This document shows positions 9,387-16,551 of a stretch of 32,000 bases of DNA, one piece after another (positions within the stretch are counted from its first letter, which is position 1; each line of letters starts with the position of its first letter). Below the pieces are notes generated by a model. The model did no database searches, was not told where the DNA came from, and saw only the letters and a program-made list of their open reading frames with translations. The DNA is from Halomicrobium mukohataei DSM 12286 (GTDB lineage Archaea > Halobacteriota > Halobacteria > Halobacteriales > Haloarculaceae), in contig NC_013202.1 in assembly GCF_000023965.1 (NCBI RefSeq), positions 510,001 to 542,000 on the forward strand. The letters run 5' to 3'. The position numbers and the translations under genes are program-made.

Positions 9387-9475
9387 GGATCCAGACGTGC
9401 TCGGCTGCTGCGCGCGACTGGTAGGGTCCAAGCCCACGTGGCCGCTTCGCTCTTCACGTCCGTTCGTCGCAGAAG

Positions 9476-9548
<73 letters not shown>

Positions 9549-9588
9549 TCGATTTGGTGTGAGGGCAGCGAGGGCTAAGGGCTTACGA

Positions 9589-10578
9589 TTACTCGTCGTC
9601 GAAGGGGAGCTCGATCTCGTAGCCGACGGCCTCGATAGCGGCGTCGAGCACGCCGTCGACGTTGTCGCCCTCGGTGACGCTCATGTAGTGGTCGGCCTCG
9701 ACGTCGCGGGTGAGATCTGCCTTGTTCGCGATGGTCAGGACGGGCGCGTCGAAGCGGTCTTCGAGCGCGTCGCGCAGTTCCAGCTGGACCTCGATCGGGT
9801 AGCCGCAGTTGCCGCTGGCGTCGAGGAAGACGAGCACGGCGTCGGCGAGGTGCTCGACGGCGCTGACGGCCTGGGACTCGATGTCGTTGCGCTCGGCCTC
9901 GGGGCGGTCGAGGAGCCCCGGCGTGTCCACGAGCTGGTAGCGGATGCGGTCGCGTTCGACGTGGCCGACGCGGATCTGTGTCGTCGTGAAGGGGTAGCTC
10001 GCAGTTTCGTTGCGGGCGTTCGTGACGAGGTTGACGAACGACGACTTGCCGACGTTGGGGTAGCCGGCGACGACGATGGTCGGTTCGTCGGGGCGGATAT
10101 CCGGCAGCGTCTTCAGGGCGTCGCGGGCGGCGGAGATGCCGGCGAGGTCGTCTTCGACCTCCTCGACGATGTCCGCCATCCGGGCGAACGCCTGCTTGCG
10201 GAGCTTGCGGGCGGTGTCGGCGTCGCCGGTCATCCGACCCTGGTACTCGCTGTGGATGTCCTTGGCCTTGCGAGAGGCCCACTGAACCTCCGAGAGGTGC
10301 TGTCGAAGGGCGTCGATGCCGCCCTCGCCCTCGACGTTGCTGGTGATGATCGCGTCGGCGAGTTCGACGTAGAACGGATCGAGCGTGTCGATGTCCGGCC
10401 ACGCAGTGACGACGTTCTGGAGGTTGTCCGAGACGATGTTCGACGCCGTCTGGAGCATCGACTGCTGGCCCTCGATCCCGGTCTTCGCCTTGCCGGCGCG
10501 GGCAGCCCGAGAGAAGGCCTTGTCGATGACTTCCTCGGCGGTCGGCGTCGTCGGAAGATCCTCGAAGGGATGGCTCAT
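9589..10578 (-). CDS. NOG1-family GTP-binding protein
   Basis: 329-aa ORF. An N-terminal NOG1-like helical region is followed by the G domain (VVAGYPNVGKSSFVN, ASYPFTT, DTPGLLD, NKAD). Confidence 0.9.
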   Translation of the reverse strand: MSHPFEDLPTTPTAEEVIDKAFSRAARAGKAKTGIEGQQSMLQTASNIVSDNLQNVVTAWPDIDTLDPFYVELADAIITSNVEGEGGIDALRQHLSEVQWASRKAKDIHSEYQGRMTGDADTARKLRKQAFARMADIVEEVEDDLAGISAARDALKTLPDIRPDEPTIVVAGYPNVGKSSFVNLVTNARNETASYPFTTTQIRVGHVERDRIRYQLVDTPGLLDRPEAERNDIESQAVSAVEHLADAVLVFLDASGNCGYPIEVQLELRDALEDRFDAPVLTIANKADLTRDVEADHYMSVTEGDNVDGVLDAAIEAVGYEIELPFDDE

Positions 10579-10685
10579 TGGAGCGGGATAGACGGCCTGC
10601 GCGTAAAAGCACGTTCGTTCGAGCGCGCGTCTCGGAGAGTCGGTGCCCAGCGCCGTCGAATCCCGGCGTCGGGCCGAAGCCAGGG

Positions 10686-11060
10686 CTACTGTTCCGTGAG
10701 CAAGTCACAGTGCCGCCGGAGGGACGACGGCAGTTCCTCGACGTGATCGTGGAGCAGGTCGACGATCGCGGCCGCCTCCGCGAACCGCGGCCCGCGTCTG
10801 GTACGCAGTGGCTCTCGGTCCCACTCGATCAGATCGGCCTCCGCCAGCGTCGGCAGGTGTAGGTGTACGAGTTGCCGGTGTAGCAGGTCCCGGTCGCGCT
10901 GTGGCGGCGACGAGTGTGCAGCCTCGGGGAGCGCCAGCGTCTCGTCGGCCCGCGCGTCGGCCAGCGCGACGACGAGCCGTCGGCGCGGCTCGGCCGCGAG
11001 TACCCGAAACATCGTGTCCCACCGTTCGGTCGACCGTCGTCCGTCGACGGGCCCCGTCAT
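10686..11060 (-). CDS. Haloarchaeal winged-helix transcription regulator (ArsR-like, DUF7344-type)
   Basis: 124-aa ORF. It has the characteristic block LHRQLVHLHLPTLAEADLIEWDREP preceded by RRRLVVALAD. Confidence 0.7.
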   Translation of the reverse strand: MTGPVDGRRSTERWDTMFRVLAAEPRRRLVVALADARADETLALPEAAHSSPPQRDRDLLHRQLVHLHLPTLAEADLIEWDREPLRTRRGPRFAEAAAIVDLLHDHVEELPSSLRRHCDLLTEQ

Positions 11061-11168
11061 CGTTGCGCTGGAGTTGTAACCCAGTTTACAAAAATTTCTG
11101 AAAGTGGGCTGTCAGGAATTGTCGTTCGTTTCGACGCCGCTTTTGTATCGCGTGGGACAACGACGGGT

Positions 11169-11486
11169 ATGTCCGAGATCGACGCCGGAGAGATCCTCCC
11201 CAACGAGCACGTCCAGCAGATGGCCGCCGACGGGACGGTCACACAGATGCACCGCGGTCACGCCTACGCCAGCGAAGGCGACACCTTCGTGATCGACGGC
11301 CAGCGCTTCGAAGTGACCGACGTGACCCACCGGACGCTGGGGGACCTGACCGACGAGGACGCACGGCGCGAGGGATCGGACGACCTCGAAGCCTACAAGC
11401 GCCGCCTCGAACGCGTCCACGACGAATTCGAGTGGGACCCCGAGAGCGACGTGGTGCGCCATCGGTTCGAGCCGGTCGAGGACTGA
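11169..11486 (+). CDS. ASCH-domain protein
   Basis: The ORF-track frame is 10914..11486. The ATG at 11169 follows a TATA-like TTTTGTAT about 25 nt upstream. The 105-aa product (GDTFVIDGQRFEVTDVTHRTLGDLTDEDARREG) looks like an ASCH/PUA-like domain. Confidence 0.65.
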   Translation: MSEIDAGEILPNEHVQQMAADGTVTQMHRGHAYASEGDTFVIDGQRFEVTDVTHRTLGDLTDEDARREGSDDLEAYKRRLERVHDEFEWDPESDVVRHRFEPVED

Positions 11487-11512
11487 GGACCGATTCCCGA
11501 CCGCTCGTCGGG

Positions 11513-11573
11513 CTCACGCTCGCTCCTACCGACGAGCCGCCAGTTCGTCCCGCAGATCGCTCACGTCCACATC
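11513..11573 (-). repeat. 61-nt duplicate of the hisE 3' end (last 14 codons, stop, and 15 nt of trailer)
   Basis: 11513-11573 aligns with 11655-11715 at 55 of 61 positions without gaps. On the minus strand the duplicate reads DVDVSDLRDELAARR* against DLDVSDLRDELAERR* in hisE. Confidence 0.85.
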
Positions 11574-11620
11574 GCTACCACCTTTTTCCGCTTCGGGTGC
11601 GCTGTGCGCACCACTCGCGC

Positions 11621-11663
11621 AAAAACGTGGGCGAAAAAACGAGCGCTCGCAATGCTCGCGCTC
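11621..11663 (-). terminator. Candidate hisE terminator: hairpin plus two oligo-T tracts
   Basis: On the minus strand, 5 nt after the hisE stop, lies the hairpin GAGCGC-GAGCATTGCGA-GCGCTC (11641-11663). It is followed by T6 (11634-11639) and T5 (11621-11625). Oligo-T is the known archaeal termination signal. Confidence 0.45.
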
Positions 11664-11667
11664 GCTC

Positions 11668-11967
11668 CTACCGCCGCTCGGCCAGTTCGTCCCGCAGATC
11701 GCTCACGTCCAGATCTTTCATCGCCAGCATTACCAGCAGGTGGTAGACGATGTCGGCGCTCTCGTGGGCGATCTCCTCGTGGTCGTCGTCTTTTGCCGCC
11801 AAAATCAGTTCCGTCGTCTCCTCGCCGAGCTTTTCCAGGACGGCGTTCTCGCCTTTCTCGTGAGTGAACAGCGAGGCGGTGTAAGAGTCTTCGGGCAGGT
11901 CGGCCTTGCGCTGCTCGATGACGCTGAACAGTTCGTCGAGAATCTCGTCGGCGTCGGCATCGGTCAT
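11668..11967 (-). CDS. hisE: Phosphoribosyl-ATP pyrophosphatase
   Basis: 99-aa product MTDADADEILDELFSVIEQRKADLPEDSYTASLF...EEIAHESADIVYHLLVML, the MazG-like HisE signature. The ORF-track start at 11973 is a TTG; the ATG at 11967 is preferred. Confidence 0.9.
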   Translation of the reverse strand: MTDADADEILDELFSVIEQRKADLPEDSYTASLFTHEKGENAVLEKLGEETTELILAAKDDDHEEIAHESADIVYHLLVMLAMKDLDVSDLRDELAERR

Positions 11968-12040
11968 ATGCAACTCAGCGTGGGCGCGCGTCTTGAGAGC
12001 ATCGCTCCGTTACGCTGCTCCTGGGTGGTCGTTTGAGAGA

Positions 12041-12124
12041 TATAGTAGCCATTGAAAATCAATGCACACCCGATCGCACGACTGCAGTGCGATCGGTGTG
12101 TAAATCGTTTCAATTGTTACTATA
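12041..12124. repeat. 84-bp imperfect palindrome
   Basis: TATAGTAGCCATTGAAA...ACACCCGATCGCAC gactgca GTGCGATCGGTGTGT...TTTCAATTGTTACTATA. The arms are symmetric around about 12082, and the right arm overlaps the stop of the 59-aa ORF. Confidence 0.8.
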
Positions 12125-12289
12125 GTAGTACGCAGTGAGTGCGCCGTAGTACAGCAGGCCAGCGATAATCGGGAGCAACACGAACGCAATCCAGTGATTC
12201 GGAAGGAGGTCTCCGAAGAGCACGGCTGAGACCATCAACGACGCGAACAGGAGGACGACACTGGTACCGAGCGTCAGTGAGCGGGTCAT
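12110..12289 (-). CDS. Small hypothetical membrane protein (59 aa, below the ORF-track cutoff)
   Basis: My translation is MTRSLTLGTSVVLLFASLMVSAVLFGDLLPNHWIAFVLLPIIAGLLYYGALTAYYYSNN*, giving two clear TM spans with an ATG start and TGA stop. Confidence 0.5.
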   Translation of the reverse strand: MTRSLTLGTSVVLLFASLMVSAVLFGDLLPNHWIAFVLLPIIAGLLYYGALTAYYYSNN

Positions 12290-12370
12290 CTGTCGTCGGC
12301 GTTTACGGCCTGTAGACTTTTATCTACCGACTGATTGCAGTCGAAAGAACGGCGCTCGTCACAACCCACT

Positions 12371-12964
12371 TCAAGCTTCCACACTCTCGAAGAACGCCAG
12401 ATCGTGGAGCCGGGAGTCCTCTGTCAGCTCCGGGTGGAAAGAGGTCCCGACGACGGGGCCCTGTTTGACCGCCACCGGACGGCCGTCCCACTCGGCCAGC
12501 ACCGCGACGCCCTCGCCCACGGCGTCGATGACGGGCGCGCGGATGAACACCGCCGGGAAGGGCTCGTCGAGGCCGGCCACGTCCAGTGGGGCCTCGAAGC
12601 TGTCTTTCTGGCGGCCGAAGGCGTTGCGCTCGACTGTCACGTCGAGCAGGTCGAGTTCGTCGACGCGGTCGTCCTGTGGGTCCGTCGAGGCGACGATCAG
12701 GCCGGCACAGGTCGCCAGCATCGGCTTGCCGGCGTCGACGTGGTCGACGATCTCGGCGGCGATGCCCTCGTCGCGGAGCAGGCGGGAGATCGTCGTCGAC
12801 TCCCCGCCCGGCAGCAGCAACGCGTCACACTCCGGGACGGTCCCCGAGTGGCGGATCTCGTGGATCTCGGCGTCCTCGCCGTGGGCTCGTGCGGCCCGCT
12901 CGATGGCGGTCGCGTGCTCGGACACGTCGCCCTGGACGGCGATCACGCCAGCGGTCAGCGTCAT
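12371..12964 (-). CDS. pdxT: Pyridoxal 5'-phosphate synthase glutaminase subunit
   Basis: 197-aa ORF with GVIAVQGDVSEH, LLLPGGESTT, the catalytic Cys in ATCAGLI, and FHPELT near the C-terminus. Confidence 0.92.
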   Translation of the reverse strand: MTLTAGVIAVQGDVSEHATAIERAARAHGEDAEIHEIRHSGTVPECDALLLPGGESTTISRLLRDEGIAAEIVDHVDAGKPMLATCAGLIVASTDPQDDRVDELDLLDVTVERNAFGRQKDSFEAPLDVAGLDEPFPAVFIRAPVIDAVGEGVAVLAEWDGRPVAVKQGPVVGTSFHPELTEDSRLHDLAFFESVEA

Positions 12965-13051
12965 GCTCGCCCGTAAGCGACTGGGGGCGAAAAAGCTCTC
13001 GTTGTCGTCGACGGACCAACGCTTAGGTACGGGGATTCCCTTGCCGGAGAC

Positions 13052-14071
13052 ATGGGAAACAGACGCCGTGATCCGGTTTCGGTCCGCGACGACGGGTCAC
13101 AGGACCTCTACGACGTTTCAGAGTGGGAAGTCAGGTCGTGGCTCGACCGCGTCGCGTGGCTCTGCTACGCCGCGCTGGTGTACTCGCTGCGCGGGTTCGT
13201 CGTGCTCGCGGCGATCGCGATCTTGCTCTCGCAGTTCCTCGTGGGCGGTCTCGGCGCGCTGTCGAATCCGGTACTCGGCGCGTTCACGGTGCTGTCCGCG
13301 GTCCCGGCGCTGGCACTGGCCGCCTACGCCTGGCACACCGACGTGACGACCAAAGAGCCACTGGCGTTGCTCGTCGCGACGTTCGTCCTCGGAGTGTTGT
13401 TCGCCAGTTTCGCCGGGATCGCCAACAGTGGCCTCGGCCCCGCAGTCCAGGGGATCGGGTCGGGCTTTCTGGCGTCGATCGTCGGCACCGTCCTCTTTTA
13501 CTTCCTCGTCGTCGGCCCGGTCGAGGAGGGCGTCAAGCTGCTGTCGGTGCGACTGGTCGCCTACCGGAGCGACCGCTTCGACGCCGTCATCGACGGAGCG
13601 GTGTACGGTGCAGTCGCCGGACTGGGCTTCGCGACGATCGAGAACGCGCTGTACATCACCCAGAACGCCGACGCTGGCGTGACCGTCGCCAACGCCGTCA
13701 TGGAAGCCGGCTCGATCACGTTCCTGCGCTCGCTGGCGGGTCCGGGCCACGTGATCTACTCGGCGTTCGCCGGCTACTACCTCGGACTGGCGAAGTTCAA
13801 CCGCGAACACGCCGGCCCGATCGTCATCAAGGGGCTCATCGTCGCGTCGCTGATCCACGCCACCTACAACACGCTGGTCGGCGTCGTCCCGGCCGTCGTC
13901 TCGGTGCTCACCGGCGTCTCGCCGCTGGTCGCCTTCCTCGGCTTCGTCCTCGTCTACGACGGCGTGTTCGGCGCGTTGCTGCTGGGCAAGTTCAACGCCT
14001 ACGAACGGGCCTACGAGCGGGCACACACCGACGAGGTGCCCGCACCGGAACTAACGGAGTTCGAACCCTGA
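13052..14071 (+). CDS. PrsW-family intramembrane metalloprotease
   Basis: 339-aa polytopic ORF with the PrsW motifs (GPVEEGVKLL; FATIENALY; HATYNTL). Confidence 0.8.
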   Translation: MGNRRRDPVSVRDDGSQDLYDVSEWEVRSWLDRVAWLCYAALVYSLRGFVVLAAIAILLSQFLVGGLGALSNPVLGAFTVLSAVPALALAAYAWHTDVTTKEPLALLVATFVLGVLFASFAGIANSGLGPAVQGIGSGFLASIVGTVLFYFLVVGPVEEGVKLLSVRLVAYRSDRFDAVIDGAVYGAVAGLGFATIENALYITQNADAGVTVANAVMEAGSITFLRSLAGPGHVIYSAFAGYYLGLAKFNREHAGPIVIKGLIVASLIHATYNTLVGVVPAVVSVLTGVSPLVAFLGFVLVYDGVFGALLLGKFNAYERAYERAHTDEVPAPELTEFEP

Positions 14072-14650
14072 TCAGACCATCCGCTCGACGTACTTCGCGA
14101 CCACGTCGACCTCCAGGTGGGCCGCGTCGCCGGGGGACTTCTCGGAGAGGGTCGTCACGTCGTAGGTCGTCGGGATGATCGCCACAGAGAAGGAATCCTC
14201 GCGGCGGTCGGCGACGGTGAGGCTGATGCCGTCGACGGTGATCGACCCCTTCTCGACGACGTAGCGTTCGATGTCGGCGGGCAGCGAGAAGGTAAAGCGC
14301 CAGTCCTCGCCGACGCGTTCGATCTCCTCGACGGTCGCCGTCGCGTCGACGTGGCCCTGCACGATGTGGCCGTCGAAACGGCCGTCCGCCGGCATCGCCC
14401 GTTCGAGGTTCAGTTCGTCGCCCTCGGCGATTTCGTCGAAGAAAGTGCGGTCGATCGTCTCCTCGGCCAGGAACACGGAGAACCACTCGCCCGGTTCGAA
14501 CTCCTCGACGGTGAGACACGCGCCGCTGACGCTGATCGACTGGCCGTGGCTCAGTTCCTCGAACGGCGATCCGATCCGGAGTCGTCGGCCGTCTGCCGTG
14601 TCCTCGACCGCCCGCACTTCGCCCGTCGCCTCGACGATTCCCGTGAACAT
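14072..14650 (-). CDS. ribE: Riboflavin synthase (alpha chain, bacterial RibE/RibC type)
   Basis: Starts MFTGIVEATGEV and has two lumazine-binding repeats (GQSISVSGACLTV / GSITVDGISLTV). The ORF-track N-terminal extension to 14755 was rejected. The stop abuts the convergent PrsW stop (TGATCA). Confidence 0.92.
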   Translation of the reverse strand: MFTGIVEATGEVRAVEDTADGRRLRIGSPFEELSHGQSISVSGACLTVEEFEPGEWFSVFLAEETIDRTFFDEIAEGDELNLERAMPADGRFDGHIVQGHVDATATVEEIERVGEDWRFTFSLPADIERYVVEKGSITVDGISLTVADRREDSFSVAIIPTTYDVTTLSEKSPGDAAHLEVDVVAKYVERMV

Positions 14651-14748
14651 ACCACCGCTTTGAACAGCCATCACAAGAGAGTTATGGATAACGGATATGG
14701 AACGGCCACAGCGAACGGCTTTTGCCAGACGGTCGCGTACGCTGGCCC

Positions 14749-14982
14749 ATGCCACGCGGGATTCTGGAACTGATCGGCCTCGCCGGCTCGGTCCTGTTCG
14801 CGTCGTCAGTGGGGCTGTTCGGTCTCCAGACGGTCACTGACGGCGACACCCTCGCCGGAGTGGGCTATCTGGCCGTCGCGGCGCTGATGGTGCTCGTCCC
14901 CTACTACGTGACGACGCCCGACGACGTGGCGGGCAGCGCCGCCGAGCGGGCGGTCGGGTGGGTCGTACGAGACGACGACTAG
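14749..14982 (+). CDS. Small hypothetical membrane protein (2 TM)
   Basis: MPRGILELIGLAGSVLFASSVGLFGL...VGYLAVAALMVLVPYYV with an acidic tail. The start is ambiguous: the ORF-track frame opens at 14722. Confidence 0.5.
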   Translation: MPRGILELIGLAGSVLFASSVGLFGLQTVTDGDTLAGVGYLAVAALMVLVPYYVTTPDDVAGSAAERAVGWVVRDDD

Positions 14983-15147
14983 TCCTCAGCGCGCCAGCGA
15001 TCTCCCTCGTCCGCGGCGGCCAGGTACTTGGACAGCAGCGACGGGAACGTCCGTCAACGGAAGTACCGTAGGCGAATCCTCGGTCCTGTTGATGATCCTC
15101 CGTGGCGACCTGTGGGAATAGGAATAGAATTCACCAATACAAGAAGG

Positions 15148-15154
15148 TTTATTA
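15148..15154 (+). promoter_or_regulatory. Candidate TATA box for the 63-aa island gene
   Basis: TTTATTA is centred about 27 nt upstream of the ATG at 15178. Confidence 0.4.
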
Positions 15155-15177
15155 CATTCAATCATCTGACTTTTATT

Positions 15178-15369
15178 ATGGTGGTTGAGATCTTTGGAGG
15201 GATTGTGCTCTTAATTATCCTCCTGCTGCTCGGTGCAATGAGTGCTTGGGTGTATAAAGACGGAAAGCGTCATAACGTAGATTACCCAGTAATATGGGCT
15301 CTGGCCACGTTCATCGGTGGTATCGGAGGACTAATTCTCTACATTCTTGCTAGGGAAATGTATTATTGA
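15178..15369 (+). CDS. Small membrane protein resembling the PLD-nuclease N-terminal (PLDc_N) family
   Basis: MVVEIFGGIVLLIILLLLGAMSAWVYKDGKRHNVDYPVIWALATFIGGIGGLILYILAREMYY. The layout (TM, VYKDxxxR, W-A-L, second TM, LYIL) matches that family from memory. AT-rich codon usage. The upstream part of the track ORF (15028..) was rejected. Confidence 0.6.
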   Translation: MVVEIFGGIVLLIILLLLGAMSAWVYKDGKRHNVDYPVIWALATFIGGIGGLILYILAREMYY

Positions 15370-15412
15370 ACCGTGTAAATCATACAGGCATTGTATCAAT
15401 GGCTATGGAAAA

Positions 15413-15420
15413 TTTTTATA
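15413..15420 (+). promoter_or_regulatory. Candidate TATA box for the Tat-signal island gene
   Basis: TTTTTATA is centred about 29 nt upstream of the ATG at 15446. Confidence 0.45.
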
Positions 15421-15445
15421 CATGGTGTTAGAATAGAAGATTGCA

Positions 15446-16248
15446 ATGGCGAAAGACAAGAATACACCGTGTGATAGTCGTCGGGGCGTACTCAAAAAAC
15501 AGGATTAGGACTGACAGCACTCTCTGCAGTTCCATCAGGTGTTGTCGCACAGCAACGCAGAAGAAAAGAAAAAGATGCAGAGAAAGTATTTGCCGAAGCT
15601 TTTCGAATTGAGAATAAAACTGATCAAGAAGGAGTATATAAAGATTATTTGAGAGAGAATGGTATATCAATTTCTGGTCAAAAGAAGACATATACAGTTC
15701 AGGGTTCATCAAATGAAATAACAACAGAATATTTAGATAGAAGGGACTTAAATATTGAAATAGGCATTGGAGCATACGGTGGCGATTACACCGATAACGA
15801 TGGTGAATACGCAGTCACACTCACCTGGGATTGGTCAGGCGAAGACTTAGACGACTGGGGAGAACCACCGCGGGATATTGTCGGGCTTCACTGGGTAGGA
15901 GATGACTGGACCGTAGCAAACGCTGAACATAAGAGTACTAATCATACATACTATAAGAAACACTCTGGAAAGCATATAGACTATCAATTTAATGATAGTC
16001 TAGGCGATGGAAGTGATGTTCACTACTTTGTCACCAATTTAGAACCCACTGGTGATTCTGATCCAGATGATCGAGAAGTCGGTGGCGGATACATTCACAC
16101 ATATGATGGTGTCAAAATCGAGAGCGTAACTGCAGGGTTCCCAGCGGGACTTAGCGCCACACTTTCTAACAACAATAAAAAATGGAATACTTCAACCGAC
16201 TCTGATAGTGATGCACTTATTGTGAGTCAAAGTGATGGACACGCCTAG
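15446..16248 (+). pseudogene. Tat-signal secreted protein of unknown family, interrupted by a -1 frame change at an A6 run (pseudogene, homopolymer sequencing error, or recoding)
   Basis: Frame 1 reads MAKDKNTPCDSRRGVLKKQD*. Stepping back 1 nt at A6 (15494-15499) gives ...SRRGVLKK-TGLGLTALSAVPSGVVAQQ..., a complete twin-arginine signal running in frame into track ORF 15649..16248. Confidence 0.7.
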
Positions 16249-16551
16249 TTAATAGACTAAGTCATAATCATATATTTATTATTTTAAGAGTGTGGACTAA
16301 AGAGCCGATGGTAAAAGCCAATCTCACATACCCAATCTAATTGTTGTTTTTCGTCACTGTTGGTTAGTGTGTATAGTTAAATATATTATCACATACTTAC
16401 GAGATGGGGAGATATCTGTAGTTTAGCACCCGGTCATTAAAAAGAAAAATTGACGTTATTGATTCAGTCCGACCATATTAATTGACTGTTCTCACCGCGG
16501 GAACGACCCCCTCCGCAGAGGCAAATAGTGCGGCTACTGAACAGGCACCTA

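Noticed and set aside
14651-14755. N-terminal extensions of several track ORFs: ribE to 14755, DUF309 to 27518, ASCH to 10914, PadR to 19245 and the helicase to 18417.
   Set aside because: The family-typical N-termini begin at internal ATGs (for example MFTGIVE for ribE). The extensions overlap divergent genes or promoters and have atypical composition.
15428-15775. A 115-aa Leu/Phe-rich ORF on the minus strand of the AT-rich island.
   Set aside because: It is antisense to the promoter-equipped Tat-signal gene. Its composition is what AT-rich DNA gives in any frame, and it has no signal or motif.
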